64,000 bases of DNA from a virus (taxonomy: Duplodnaviria > Caudoviricetes): the IMG/VR virus record IMGVR_UViG_3300017917_001910, positions 51,253 to 115,252 of that record. One strand, given 5' to 3'. The translations under genes and the position numbers were made by a program. The notes below the pieces were generated by a model. It saw only the letters and a program-made list of their open reading frames with translations. It did not search any database and was not told the origin of the DNA. Below are positions 49,436-59,800 of this stretch, piece by piece (the first letter of the stretch is position 1; every line of letters begins with the position of its first letter).

Positions 49436-51307
49436 TTAACTAGTTATTTTACCTTTAATGTCTTTATTTGGATATTTGATTTCAAAAATACAAGGGTCAA
49501 ATGAAGGATAAATTACTCCGTTTCTTGTAGCAGCTGCAATATCATACTTATTATTTGAATATCCTATATCATTACCGGTTAAATTACTAATCGTAATATT
49601 TGACACTGTTTGAACCCCATCAACTCTATCTAATTCTGCATATAATTTTGATAATACGATAGGCTGATTAATTTGCCATTTATTAATATCAAAAATATCT
49701 TTTAATTTAGAAATACATTTTAATAATACTTCATTACTGTTATATCCTGGTAATACTACTATACTAAACTCTAATCCGATATTTACAATATACGCATCTT
49801 TAATATTAATAGCATCTGTAATCATTCTATATTGTTCTAAATATGTAGATAAGTTAGATTTAACAATCATATTTAATGGTGTTAAATTTTTATTTAAATC
49901 ATACCCTAATACATATAAATCCATTGCTAATTGATTAGATGTTACAACACCTTTATCAGTTACCTTATCTTTAGATTGTAAAATGTATGCTTTTGCTGCA
50001 GCTCCAAATCTTTGTGGCATTGCATATACTCTCACAATATAATCTTCAACTGTTACTGCTCTATTTTGAGAAGCAAAATTTGCAATTGCATTAAATCTAA
50101 TTTCATCAATACTTTCTAAGCTCTTTCCGCCAACTGCTGGTATTGGATTATTTACAGCTACTGAATTTTTTATTCTAGTAAATAAAGCTTGATTTAAACC
50201 CGAACCGTCAGAATCAAATGTAACACCAGCAATAGTAGTTAATGTATCTGCTTGAACATTTGATTCAATTCCTCCGCCTGTTGTATATCTTACTGTTAAT
50301 GTAGTATTTGCAGGTGCTAAACCATATGTTTTAGAATATAAGAAATTACTAGGATCAATTGAATAATCAAAATTTGGAGAATATAACGAACTTCCAACTA
50401 ACTCTGGGTTAGGTATTAATTCTTCATCTGCTGATGTGGATACACCTGCTCCAAATTGAATTGTAATTGTATTATCTCCATTAACTCTCGTTTCAAATCT
50501 TCTAGATACTTTTTTAAGTTTTAATAAGTATGGAGCAACGCCATTAGATGATGTATAATTTACATTTGCATATTGGTCATTCTTAACTTCATCAAAAATA
50601 GTATCTTGCGCTAAATAAGGAACTTCATACCAAGTATTTCCATCAGAATCTATAATATCTAAAACTTCAATTATATTAGTATCAGTTAAAATAATTTTAT
50701 CGTATCTTTTTGGAGCTCCAAATGTAAATGTTTGAGTTGTAATTGTCCCAGCAACAGCTTTTACTTGTTTTTTTAGTAAGTAATAAATCGGATTATTGCT
50801 AGAATCTACTTGATATACTGATAAAGAATCTCCACCGGTACTAGTAATCGATGCAGAAGTAAAAACTACTGGTTCAATTGTTCTAAATTGTATATTTGAG
50901 TTTGTAGCTTTAACGATCATTTCTTGATTTATCGATAAAGAATAATTCCAATCAGGATAGTATATAGAACCAGATTGTATTGCTGGTAATAATTGAAATA
51001 CATCTAAATTTACAGTTGCTGGTACAGAATTCTTTGGTTTATATCCACGTTCTTGAGCTAACTGTAATAAGTTCGATCTTTCTTGAGAATATGATAATAA
51101 ACTTTCTTTTAGTTGATTATCTGTATAATAAGAAAGCACATCTCCTACATATGCAGCCATTTCAATAAACATCATACCTGGAGATGTTTCATTAAAATCA
51201 TTATATGTATTTGGAAAGTAGCTTTTTGCAAACTCTATTAGAGATTGTCTAAAGTTACTAAAGTCTTTATTAATATACTTTATATCTTTTCTTGTATTAT
51301 TTGACAT
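49436..51307 (-). CDS. Baseplate wedge subunit (T4 gp6-like)
   Basis: KDFS.FRQ.L, YNDFNETSPG, IQFGAG and QNRAVTVEDY motifs. Confidence 0.9.
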   Translation of the reverse strand: MSNNTRKDIKYINKDFSNFRQSLIEFAKSYFPNTYNDFNETSPGMMFIEMAAYVGDVLSYYTDNQLKESLLSYSQERSNLLQLAQERGYKPKNSVPATVNLDVFQLLPAIQSGSIYYPDWNYSLSINQEMIVKATNSNIQFRTIEPVVFTSASITSTGGDSLSVYQVDSSNNPIYYLLKKQVKAVAGTITTQTFTFGAPKRYDKIILTDTNIIEVLDIIDSDGNTWYEVPYLAQDTIFDEVKNDQYANVNYTSSNGVAPYLLKLKKVSRRFETRVNGDNTITIQFGAGVSTSADEELIPNPELVGSSLYSPNFDYSIDPSNFLYSKTYGLAPANTTLTVRYTTGGGIESNVQADTLTTIAGVTFDSDGSGLNQALFTRIKNSVAVNNPIPAVGGKSLESIDEIRFNAIANFASQNRAVTVEDYIVRVYAMPQRFGAAAKAYILQSKDKVTDKGVVTSNQLAMDLYVLGYDLNKNLTPLNMIVKSNLSTYLEQYRMITDAINIKDAYIVNIGLEFSIVVLPGYNSNEVLLKCISKLKDIFDINKWQINQPIVLSKLYAELDRVDGVQTVSNITISNLTGNDIGYSNNKYDIAAATRNGVIYPSFDPCIFEIKYPNKDIKGKITS

Positions 51308-51762
51308 TATAGTATAGCTATTGTTCCTGATTGATTAATATCGATAATTATAGTTTGATTTGCTCCGTTATTTGTTACACGAAAATTAAGGGTAATTGAT
51401 AACCCATGTTCAGCTTCTGGTCCTAACGAATCTATTTTTTGTTTTATATCAATACTATTTATTATAATATATGGCATCCAAAAAGAAATAGCAGAAGAAA
51501 TTTCATCTTTTAAATTTTCTCCTATTTCTGTTGTATTTGGATCAAATAGTAAGTTTATAATACCTGTTCCAAAATTTGGCAAATATCTACGCTCTCCTTT
51601 ACTAGTTAATAAAAGATTCTTTAAGTTAGATATTGCTTGTTCTTGAGTACTGTATGATGACTGAAATACTCCTTTTGAAGCGTTATTTAATGGAAGCAAA
51701 ACTCCCACTGCTACATCCGGCTCAGTATCAATTACAGGTATTTTACTTAATATTCTTGCCAT
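51307..51762 (-). CDS. Baseplate wedge / sheath initiator (T4 gp25-like)
   Basis: NLKNLLLTSKGER...P.FG...LLF and WMPYI motifs. Confidence 0.9.
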   Translation of the reverse strand: MARILSKIPVIDTEPDVAVGVLLPLNNASKGVFQSSYSTQEQAISNLKNLLLTSKGERRYLPNFGTGIINLLFDPNTTEIGENLKDEISSAISFWMPYIIINSIDIKQKIDSLGPEAEHGLSITLNFRVTNNGANQTIIIDINQSGTIAIL

Positions 51763-51765
51763 TTA

Positions 51766-52278
51766 TTAAGCTCCTTTTTTCTTGTTAATTGCTTTCATTA
51801 ACGCAGAATAATCTCTTGTTAATGCTTGTTCAACTTCCGGTGCTAATTCCGTTACTGGTCTACCATCAATATCCGTTCTAGGGGCTACCGATGCAGCACT
51901 AGGTGCAGAACTCATTCCGATATTAGACATATTTCTCATGGTAGGCCATTCATTAAAATCATCATGTCCTAATTGAACGGGGTTATAATCTTCTTCTAAA
52001 ATACCATGAAAATCTTTGTTAGAAAATCCGCTATTAGCAGTTTCATTTAAAATATCATTAATAAGAGGATTGCTAGAAAATGTTGTTGCTTTTTTAGTAT
52101 TTGCTTTTTTAAATACAGGTTTTGATTCTACTTCGGTAACTACTCTTTGATTAGTAGATGCTCTTTTAGATACTTTATCTAGACTTTCATAGAGATAGTT
52201 CATTTCTTTATGAACTGCCATTTCAACTTCTTCTCTAATGATTTGTCTTAGTTGCTTAAAAAATTTATTATTGTCCAT
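51766..52278 (-). CDS. Hypothetical protein
   Basis: RQIIREEV N-terminus; ALTRDYSALMKA C-terminus. Confidence 0.65.
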   Translation of the reverse strand: MDNNKFFKQLRQIIREEVEMAVHKEMNYLYESLDKVSKRASTNQRVVTEVESKPVFKKANTKKATTFSSNPLINDILNETANSGFSNKDFHGILEEDYNPVQLGHDDFNEWPTMRNMSNIGMSSAPSAASVAPRTDIDGRPVTELAPEVEQALTRDYSALMKAINKKKGA

Positions 52279-52327
52279 ATTGACTCTTTATTATAATTAT
52301 CTAAGTCAATAAAAGATACAGTATTTT

Positions 52328-53377
52328 TTAAAGTTTAACTTTTTTGGATTTATGAAGACCTGAATTAAGTAAGGTTTGTGCAAATGTTGCGAGGCCCGGG
52401 GCGGCAGGGTTAGCATTAACAGCTGATATAATTACTGTTAAAATGTTATCTAATGGTTCTGCATTAACTCCAGAGTATATCGCAGGATATCCTAGATTAA
52501 TTGTCGGGGCATTTAATGTAATTTCATTTGAAGATTCTAATACAATATCTCCTTTACTTGTAATTGAAATACCATTTTTAGATGAAAGAGCTAATTCTTT
52601 TTCTTTTGCATTTAATACAATTCTATCTGAACTCATTATAATTTGTTTTCCAGATAAATTTTGTGTAAATGTTCCTATATTAATATTAGTTACTGTTGTA
52701 GGCCCTGCTAATTTTAATGGTATTCTTTGAGTTGATGTTAAATAAATAGATGAATCGTCTTTATTAATATCTTCAATTCTAAAGCCTTTAGATGAACTAT
52801 TCTTTTTTGTATTAGTTATAATCATTATCGGGTCTCCAGGGTTTCCTAATGTCCATGTAGGTTGTTTAGTAATGCCCGTTAATCCATTAATAGTAGAACT
52901 TAATCTTACTGAGTTGCCACTTCTTCCTTCAATAACTACATCTCCTTCAAATAATTGTAAAGTATTTTGACCATCTAATAGTTTAAATGTTTTCTTTACT
53001 CTGTTTGGTTGAGATTGATTAGGCGAACTTACAACTCCACGTGATGCATCTTGGTAACTTGTAGTATTTGATATTGGTACTTTACCTGATGTTGGTACTC
53101 CATTATAATTTATATTTGACTGAACATTAACATCATTCATATAATAAAATGTGCCTTCGTTTAGTCTAAAATTACCTGCAAATGAAGAAGCTGCATTTAC
53201 AATTAATACTATTTCTCCAGGTACTGGAATTGATTTAACATGAGCATTTAAAGGAAATGCTGTAAGTGTATTTTCGTCGTTGTTGCCGGGACGATTTAAA
53301 AACTTAAATCGTATAGTATAATAATTTGCAATGTCATCTGTTAAAAAAACTTCTATTACTTCTGCAGACTGTAACAT
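52328..53377 (-). CDS. Baseplate hub / spike protein (gp5-like)
   Basis: N-terminal P.PGEIV OB-fold-like motif, EGD...EGR.GNS.RL, beta-helix-like C-terminus. Confidence 0.6.
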   Translation of the reverse strand: MLQSAEVIEVFLTDDIANYYTIRFKFLNRPGNNDENTLTAFPLNAHVKSIPVPGEIVLIVNAASSFAGNFRLNEGTFYYMNDVNVQSNINYNGVPTSGKVPISNTTSYQDASRGVVSSPNQSQPNRVKKTFKLLDGQNTLQLFEGDVVIEGRSGNSVRLSSTINGLTGITKQPTWTLGNPGDPIMIITNTKKNSSSKGFRIEDINKDDSSIYLTSTQRIPLKLAGPTTVTNINIGTFTQNLSGKQIIMSSDRIVLNAKEKELALSSKNGISITSKGDIVLESSNEITLNAPTINLGYPAIYSGVNAEPLDNILTVIISAVNANPAAPGLATFAQTLLNSGLHKSKKVKL

Positions 53378-53766
53378 TATTTAATTGGTTTAACTAATGA
53401 TTCTTCGATATCTTTATTAATTTGATTAATATCTTTTAAATCACTTTGTATTTGTTTTAATTCTTCGGCAGATAATTGCCAGTCACTAATACCAGAATCA
53501 GCCTTTTGTTTTGCTTCAGACGCTAACAGTCGTTGAACGACGGAAGTCATTTTAATTAACTGCTCGTCGTTCTTAACACCCACATCTAAATATTCTTTTA
53601 TTAGTGGTACTACTACAGCAGCATCATTAATACTTTTTACTAATGGAGATAACTGCTGTATTAAATTATCTATTTGTTTATTTTTTTCCTTTTGATTTAC
53701 ATGTATTTCTTTAAATACATCTGCTAAAGAAGTCTTACCGTAAATGGAATCATTTATAGTTGGCAT
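53377..53766 (-). CDS. Conserved hypothetical protein
   Basis: PLIKEYLDVGVKNDEQLIK, helical. Confidence 0.6.
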   Translation of the reverse strand: MPTINDSIYGKTSLADVFKEIHVNQKEKNKQIDNLIQQLSPLVKSINDAAVVVPLIKEYLDVGVKNDEQLIKMTSVVQRLLASEAKQKADSGISDWQLSAEELKQIQSDLKDINQINKDIEESLVKPIK

Positions 53767-53784
53767 AATTATCTTTTAAAATAA

Positions 53785-54537
53785 TTATCTCTTAGCCTTA
53801 ATCTTTTGCATTCTAATTAATTCTTGCAATTTATAAGGCTCTAATCTTATACTATCATTTAATCTAAAATTTTTATACAAGAGCTCATATATTAACTTAA
53901 TATCATTTACTGTTTTAGTTATAATTTGAGTTTTTAAGCCAGTACGCTCTCGTATTAAAATATATAAAGCTTTTTTATTAAAGTTTTCTATATTATCACG
54001 TGTTCTAAATAATTCTAAAACAGAATCAGCAACTGACATTTCTTTTTGAGAATCAAATAAAATAGGCAAATTAGAATCTACATAATTTACAAACTCCTCA
54101 ACAAAATCAAATGTATCTTCTACGAATTCTTTATAAGATTCTTCATTCATTAAATTACGTTCAATATCAATATTTTCGGTATCAACGTTATTTTTTATCT
54201 TTTGATGACTTTTTTTAATGAATAAAATAAGATAATTTCTTGCAATAACAGAAAAATATGAAAATGCTTTTCCATTAGCATGAACGTATTTATTTAAACG
54301 CTCACAAAGAAATGTAATAGTATCATTAGATAAATCTGTATATGAATCTGTATATTTCCAAGCTTGTAATTTAAAAATCCAATTTTCTACTATTTTTTCA
54401 AATGGCTTTTTGATACTAGCATTATAAATTTTATTTTTTTCTGTATAATCTGTAGATTCAATATATCTGCAAATTGCATTTTCTGTTTCCTGAGTAAAAT
54501 ATTGTTTTTTATCTACTACCGCTACTGTCTCTGTCAT
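53785..54537 (-). CDS. Phage sigma factor (T4 gp55-like late sigma)
   Basis: QYFTQETE N-terminus; KAFSYFSVIARNY resembles sigma region 2. Confidence 0.65.
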   Translation of the reverse strand: MTETVAVVDKKQYFTQETENAICRYIESTDYTEKNKIYNASIKKPFEKIVENWIFKLQAWKYTDSYTDLSNDTITFLCERLNKYVHANGKAFSYFSVIARNYLILFIKKSHQKIKNNVDTENIDIERNLMNEESYKEFVEDTFDFVEEFVNYVDSNLPILFDSQKEMSVADSVLELFRTRDNIENFNKKALYILIRERTGLKTQIITKTVNDIKLIYELLYKNFRLNDSIRLEPYKLQELIRMQKIKAKR

Positions 54538-54811
54538 CTTCTTTTATATAATAGTCTAATAAAAATTCGTTATCTTGAATTAAATTCTTTAACATCTCAA
54601 ATGTAACGCCAACTTCATCATCAGATTCAAATATTTTTTTATTATCAATCTCCTTCATTTTATTAGAAATTTCTTGGAATTTAGATAATAATAATTCAAT
54701 ATCTTCTGTTTTTCTTAAAATACGTTCTTCATGTATTTCAACTTTATTAAGTAAATTATATATTATATAACATAATGCTATAATTACTATAATTAATAAT
54801 GTATATATCAT
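54509..54811 (-). CDS. Small membrane-anchored coiled-coil protein
   Basis: N-terminal TM; FESDDEVG motif. Confidence 0.6.
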   Translation of the reverse strand: MIYTLLIIVIIALCYIIYNLLNKVEIHEERILRKTEDIELLLSKFQEISNKMKEIDNKKIFESDDEVGVTFEMLKNLIQDNEFLLDYYIKEDDRDSSGSR

Positions 54812-54814
54812 ATC

Positions 54815-55570
54815 TTATTTCTTAAAAAAGTCACTAAATAAATCATCGATTGAAGTGTCATTTGAAGTTAATGTATCTGCAATCGATGGTTTTGTTGATT
54901 TAACAACTGTAACTGGTATAGAAGCATTTTTAGGTTCTTTATGACCATGCTCAATTCTAGAAGCTAAATGATCTGCATGATGTAATATAAACGTAAGGTT
55001 TGTTTTTAAACCCATTTCTGGTTTAAATGCCATATAATAACTTTTATTAGCATCTGTATACATTCCATCATGTAGTTTAATTCCTAAATATTCGTTTTCT
55101 GATACAGGAATATTAAACTTTTGTAATGTAAATAAACTTCTATCCGGTACTTTCATGAAATGAAGCTTATCATTTAATTCATATAAAGCTCCTTGATTTT
55201 TTCTATGCCAATCTGAAGGATTAGGAATATAATAAGGTTGTTTAATATCTCCAGCTTTTCCTAAATCATGATTTATAGCTGAAAATATTAATTCTTCTTT
55301 TGTAAATCCTGTAATATCTGCTCCTAACTCACCCCATACATCATATAATTTTATTGAGCAATTAACAACACGTATTACGTGATCAATATAACCTCCGATA
55401 AAACAATTATGATAATTTTCATTTCCTGATGCAGGTGCTAACATCAAATCTTCTTGAAATTCTTCATACATTTTAATTAATGAAGTTTTTCTTGGTTCTG
55501 AAATATGATCTTTAATAAGATTAATGAACGTATCCCAATTTTTTAATAATTCTTCTTCTGTAAATTTCAT
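54815..55570 (-). CDS. HD-domain phosphohydrolase
   Basis: APAS...HNC..GGY.DH, HDLGK, LHDG and HHAD motifs; start placed at MKFTEEE. Confidence 0.85.
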   Translation of the reverse strand: MKFTEEELLKNWDTFINLIKDHISEPRKTSLIKMYEEFQEDLMLAPASGNENYHNCFIGGYIDHVIRVVNCSIKLYDVWGELGADITGFTKEELIFSAINHDLGKAGDIKQPYYIPNPSDWHRKNQGALYELNDKLHFMKVPDRSLFTLQKFNIPVSENEYLGIKLHDGMYTDANKSYYMAFKPEMGLKTNLTFILHHADHLASRIEHGHKEPKNASIPVTVVKSTKPSIADTLTSNDTSIDDLFSDFFKK

Positions 55571-55572
55571 AC

Positions 55573-56247
55573 CTATATTATTTTGTCTATTAATTTTAAT
55601 TTTAATGCTTCTTCTGCAGTTATATACCAATCTAGTTTACATTTATCTTTCCAGAAACTAGCTTCGATGCCTGTTTTATCAGCTAACATTTGATAACCTA
55701 ATACTTCTAAATGATTAAAATAATCTAATGAAGATTTCATATTATGAAATTTATCTTGCATTTCATATGTTCCTTCATGAAGCATTAATGTAGAATATTT
55801 ACTCATAGCTCTTACTCCAGTACCACAAGCTAAAATCCAAGCCGCGGCTGAAATTGCTTGACCTCTACAAACTATATTTACTTTAAATGGTAATGAATTA
55901 ATGTAATCTATAATTCCATTCATTTCATATATGTCTCCTCCTGGAGAATTTAATGAAATAGTTATAGGTCTATTTACATCTTCTTCTGTACGATAATGTA
56001 AAAATACATTAATGGCAGTCATTATGCTATATAACGTTTCACCATCTTTAATAGGAGAATGTAAATAAATTATTTCCTGGTTAACATTAAAACCATATTC
56101 AATTTGTTTAAATAAATACTCCGCGGAGTTTATGTCATATTCATATGAATCATCATAAACTGTTTCAGTTTCTTTTTGAATATTTTCTGTTTTAGAATTA
56201 TCTATAGCCTCGCCATAAATATTTTTTCCTGATTTTCTAGGTATCAT
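55573..56247 (-). CDS. clpP: ClpP-like protease subunit
   Basis: LNSPGG, AISAA (catalytic Ser), MLHE (His), DWYITAEEALKLKLID. Confidence 0.85.
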   Translation of the reverse strand: MIPRKSGKNIYGEAIDNSKTENIQKETETVYDDSYEYDINSAEYLFKQIEYGFNVNQEIIYLHSPIKDGETLYSIMTAINVFLHYRTEEDVNRPITISLNSPGGDIYEMNGIIDYINSLPFKVNIVCRGQAISAAAWILACGTGVRAMSKYSTLMLHEGTYEMQDKFHNMKSSLDYFNHLEVLGYQMLADKTGIEASFWKDKCKLDWYITAEEALKLKLIDKII

Positions 56248-56250
56248 AAC

Positions 56251-56282
56251 TAAATATAAAGAAAAATTTGTATATAAACAAA
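56251..56282 (-). promoter_or_regulatory. Bacteroidota sigma70-type promoter
   Basis: TTTG-N20-TATATTTA, 3 nt before the clpP ATG. Confidence 0.7.
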
Positions 56283-56406
56283 TAAATCTCCACTGCTATT
56301 AACAATGAAGATTTAACGTTTTTAATTGATTTAAAATAAGAAAAATTAAATATGGTATTCTTTTATTAAGGTATATTAATCTTTTGTGTACGCCCCTTAA
56401 AAACGT

Positions 56407-56595
56407 CTAATAACCATAATCTAGCGGCTCAAGCTCTATTAAAGAAATAATATTTTCTACTTTACTTCTTACTTGTTGAATTTCAGCAGCAACTTGTGTA
56501 GCAGATAATGTGTGAGTATCTAATCCTTTTACGATTGATAATAATTGATTGTTAACTGCTTCCAGTTTTGTTTGTGTTTGTGCTTTGTATCTCAT
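56407..56595 (-). CDS. Small hypothetical protein
   Basis: 62-aa ORF with a late motif upstream. Confidence 0.55.
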   Translation of the reverse strand: MRYKAQTQTKLEAVNNQLLSIVKGLDTHTLSATQVAAEIQQVRSKVENIISLIELEPLDYGY

Positions 56596-56720
56596 GACTG
56601 ATTTATATTTAATATATTTAATATAATTATATAAATATTATTTATTTAATAATAATATATATTGTGGTTCCAATTCTTATTTTATCCCACTATTATTATA
56701 ATTAGATTTTATCATATTTC

Positions 56721-57641
56721 CTAATCTTTTATAAAATATTTTTTTCTAAACTCTAATAATGCTAACTCTTTAGACTTAGCTTCAATCATTACATCAATGT
56801 TTAAGTCATAACAATTAATAGGACCATTAATTAAGTCACTATGAGCTTGCAGTTTAATTTTCGGGTCATTTAAATGTAATGATTTACTTTCAGAATAATG
56901 AGTTGCTGGAATTACATCTAATGGCCATGTGCTAGAAGCTAATTTAAGAGCATCAAATTCGGATAAGCCGCCTGTACAAAATTGATGATGATGATAATCA
57001 AATACAATAGGGACTCCGCATTCAGAATAAACCATATCATATAAATCTTTAACAGAAAACATCGATGCTTTATCATCATTTTCTACTGTTAATCGAGATC
57101 TAGTATGCATACTTAATCGTTTTTCATTCTTTACCCAAGTCTGCGCTGCAACTTCTTTATTGTTATACGTAGCTCCTATATGTATATTAATCTTGTTATA
57201 TGGAGAATCGGATAAGTTTAATAAATCAAATACTTTGGAGTGATTTTCAAGCTCAATAAGAGTTTTTTTAACTACAGCTTCATTAGGTGATGCTAATAAA
57301 TTAAAAGGACCAGGATGAGCAGTTATTCGGTGTTTATGAGTATGTATATACTTACCAATGCGCTCCATAACTTCTTTAATCTGCGGAAAGTCCGGTAATT
57401 GATTAAATTCATACTCACTACACCATGGAAAAATGTCGCTGCTAATACGAAAAAATTTAATGTCATTAGCTTCATTCCAATGAATAACTTTTTCTAAATC
57501 AATAACATTTTTAAGTGCTAATTCAGACGCATACGGAAGGCCTTTAGCCTTAAACGTAGCTTGTTTCATACCTCGATTAGTAGTAATCTTACTTTTTTGT
57601 AAAGTAGTATTAATACATGCATAACCTAAATTTCTTATCAT
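56721..57641 (-). CDS. uvsE: UV-damage endonuclease
   Basis: LGYACIN, FFRISSDIFP, HPGPF, IHIG, LTVENDD, FDYHHH, HYSES and MIEAKSKE motifs. Confidence 0.93.
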   Translation of the reverse strand: MIRNLGYACINTTLQKSKITTNRGMKQATFKAKGLPYASELALKNVIDLEKVIHWNEANDIKFFRISSDIFPWCSEYEFNQLPDFPQIKEVMERIGKYIHTHKHRITAHPGPFNLLASPNEAVVKKTLIELENHSKVFDLLNLSDSPYNKINIHIGATYNNKEVAAQTWVKNEKRLSMHTRSRLTVENDDKASMFSVKDLYDMVYSECGVPIVFDYHHHQFCTGGLSEFDALKLASSTWPLDVIPATHYSESKSLHLNDPKIKLQAHSDLINGPINCYDLNIDVMIEAKSKELALLEFRKKYFIKD

Positions 57642-57645
57642 ATCA

Positions 57646-57677
57646 TAAAGATAAGGAAAACAATTCAAAAAACCTAA
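57646..57677 (-). promoter_or_regulatory. Bacteroidota sigma70-type promoter
   Basis: TTAG-N20-TATCTTTA. Confidence 0.7.
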
Positions 57678-57688
57678 TTTATTTACAT

Positions 57689-57711
57689 AAAAAAGCCCAT
57701 ACGTTGGGCTT
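57689..57711 (-). terminator. Terminator
   Basis: AAGCCCA/TGGGCTT stem plus T-run. Confidence 0.75.
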
Positions 57712-58168
57712 AATTTAAACTGGTAGGATAAATGATAGAAAGTAATTTATGTACTTCTACATACTTAAAATATGCTTGAAGCTGTTTTACTTCTTTATCT
57801 AATAAATGTTGTACTTCATTATCAATCGTAAAAATATAACCATCATTAAATAAATATTTTTTGGTAGATTCTAATGCAGTTTCTAAATTTCCGGAAATAA
57901 CTAATGCATCAGGTAACATTAATATATGAACATAGTTTTGGTCATAGGAAGCTTGCTCGAGAAATTTTAAAAGTTTATTAGGTAGAAAAACACCATCTTC
58001 TTCATTAATAGTTTCATATTCATCTTCAAATTCTTCATTAAAATTTTCTACTTCTAAACAAAGATCATATAAAAAAATAAGCTTCTCTCTTACCGGTAAG
58101 CCTTGAAAAAACTTATAATCAACTTCATTTAAAAAAATGTTGTCATAAACATAAGATGGTGCTGTCAT
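57710..58168 (-). CDS. Hypothetical protein
   Basis: ORF in a tightly packed operon. Confidence 0.6.
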   Translation of the reverse strand: MTAPSYVYDNIFLNEVDYKFFQGLPVREKLIFLYDLCLEVENFNEEFEDEYETINEEDGVFLPNKLLKFLEQASYDQNYVHILMLPDALVISGNLETALESTKKYLFNDGYIFTIDNEVQHLLDKEVKQLQAYFKYVEVHKLLSIIYPTSLN

Positions 58169-58440
58169 TTAAATTTAGTTTTTAGTGCTATTTCATTAAG
58201 AATATTTTTAGTATCTTCTGATAATGATTTATCATGTACTTCTATATACTCAATTACAAGATCTATTATAGATACATTTGTAATGTCATTTAAATTTTCT
58301 AAGTGAGCTTGTAAGTTATATAACTTATCTAATGTAGATTTTTTTAAAGTATCGCCATTAGGTGATAGTTTATTATAAGATTCGCCCATTTTAGTTTTAA
58401 TATTCAAATCATTAAATACTACCGATAAGTCTATTGCCAT
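58165..58440 (-). CDS. Hypothetical protein
   Basis: ORF with an ATGA-type overlap. Confidence 0.6.
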   Translation of the reverse strand: MAIDLSVVFNDLNIKTKMGESYNKLSPNGDTLKKSTLDKLYNLQAHLENLNDITNVSIIDLVIEYIEVHDKSLSEDTKNILNEIALKTKFK

Positions 58441-58451
58441 TAATAATTCAA

Positions 58452-58793
58452 TTAATCATTAATAAATATCTTTGACTTTAGTTTATTTTGAGCTCGACTC
58501 GTATGTATTTTACTTGCTCTAGTTTTAAGAAGATTATGTTTCCTTTCATCTATTTCATCAAGTCTATCCGGGTGTGTTCTATTAAAGTTTTGAGTAGTCT
58601 TACAACAAAGAAGAGCTTTATTCCATGCTTCTTCTTCTGTTTCGGTAGATTGGATAAAATATTCATCAAATAAATTTATAATAATATCATCCATTGTATC
58701 CGGAATGCCTATGTAATATAATCCTAATTCTTTATAAGATTTCGCCTCCGGGTAGTATTTTTTTACTCGCTTTTTAACTGTTTCTAATTTCAT
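58452..58793 (-). CDS. Hypothetical protein
   Basis: ORF in operon. Confidence 0.6.
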   Translation of the reverse strand: MKLETVKKRVKKYYPEAKSYKELGLYYIGIPDTMDDIIINLFDEYFIQSTETEEEAWNKALLCCKTTQNFNRTHPDRLDEIDERKHNLLKTRASKIHTSRAQNKLKSKIFIND

Positions 58794-58794
58794 A

Positions 58795-59064
58795 CTATTT
58801 TAATGAATTAATAATATCAGCCATTACTCTCAAATCCACGTGACGATTAACTGCATTATTAACTGCTTCCATTAAATCATCATAACGTTGGGTATTTTCA
58901 ATACCTGAATTAATAGATGATTGAGTCATACCTAATTCATCGCATACTGTTTCGAAAATTTCTTGTAAGTCTTTTTCACCGGCACCGCCCGTAATAAAGT
59001 CAATTACATCTTCTAATTCTAGTTCTACATCAACATCGACTTCAACTGTTTTATATGTTCTCAT
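58795..59064 (-). CDS. Hypothetical protein
   Basis: ORF in operon. Confidence 0.6.
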   Translation of the reverse strand: MRTYKTVEVDVDVELELEDVIDFITGGAGEKDLQEIFETVCDELGMTQSSINSGIENTQRYDDLMEAVNNAVNRHVDLRVMADIINSLK

Positions 59065-59131
59065 AATTTTTATTTATTTTTTATTAAATATAAGATGCAC
59101 TTTTCAAATAAAAAAGAAAAAAGGTATAAAA

Positions 59132-59800
59132 TTATAAAAATTCTATACCATTCTCTCTATCATACTTAATCTCAATAGGTTTATTTTTTAAATCATAACG
59201 ATATGTTACACTACTAGCATTTACAAACGTAATCCCTTCATGCTCCTTTACTCCATACCCTTCATGAATATGTCCGAATACGTGAAGTTTAGGTCTTACT
59301 TGTAATACTCTATTGTATAAGTTTAAGCATCCCACGTTCCACATATCCCTCATAGTATAATCTAACATATACATTGGAGGGCCGTGAGTAATAAGTACAT
59401 CAGTGTTATTTGGAATCATTTCCCACTTTTCTTCTAACGCCTTTCCTCTTGGTAAGTTAAACGCCCAATTAAAAAATTCAGGCTGCCATGGCGCACCATA
59501 AAATTTAACTCCATCAACTATTATTTCAGAATCTTCTAAGTAATGTACATTTGTTGGTAATGATTTTATTGCATTTACAACCCATGTACTTTTATATTCA
59601 AAGCACATATCATGATTACCGGCAATAAAAATAACATGCTTGAAATTTTTTGATTGACGTTCTAACCAACCAAAGAACTCTTCTACCTCGTAAGGTTTAC
59701 CTCTTCCAGTAAAATCTCCTGAATGAATTAAAATATCACCTTGAGGTAATACTAAATCTTCATGCATTGTATGTGTATCGCTAATTAATACTAGTTTCAT
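59132..59800 (-). CDS. Calcineurin-like metallophosphoesterase
   Basis: SDTH, HSGD, AGNHD, THGPP and FGHIHE motifs. Confidence 0.92.
   Translation of the reverse strand: MKLVLISDTHTMHEDLVLPQGDILIHSGDFTGRGKPYEVEEFFGWLERQSKNFKHVIFIAGNHDMCFEYKSTWVVNAIKSLPTNVHYLEDSEIIVDGVKFYGAPWQPEFFNWAFNLPRGKALEEKWEMIPNNTDVLITHGPPMYMLDYTMRDMWNVGCLNLYNRVLQVRPKLHVFGHIHEGYGVKEHEGITFVNASSVTYRYDLKNKPIEIKYDRENGIEFL

Noticed and set aside
56596-56720. Very AT-rich intergenic stretch as a replication origin
   Set aside because: No iterons or strand switch are visible, and a late promoter motif in an AT-rich genome explains it.
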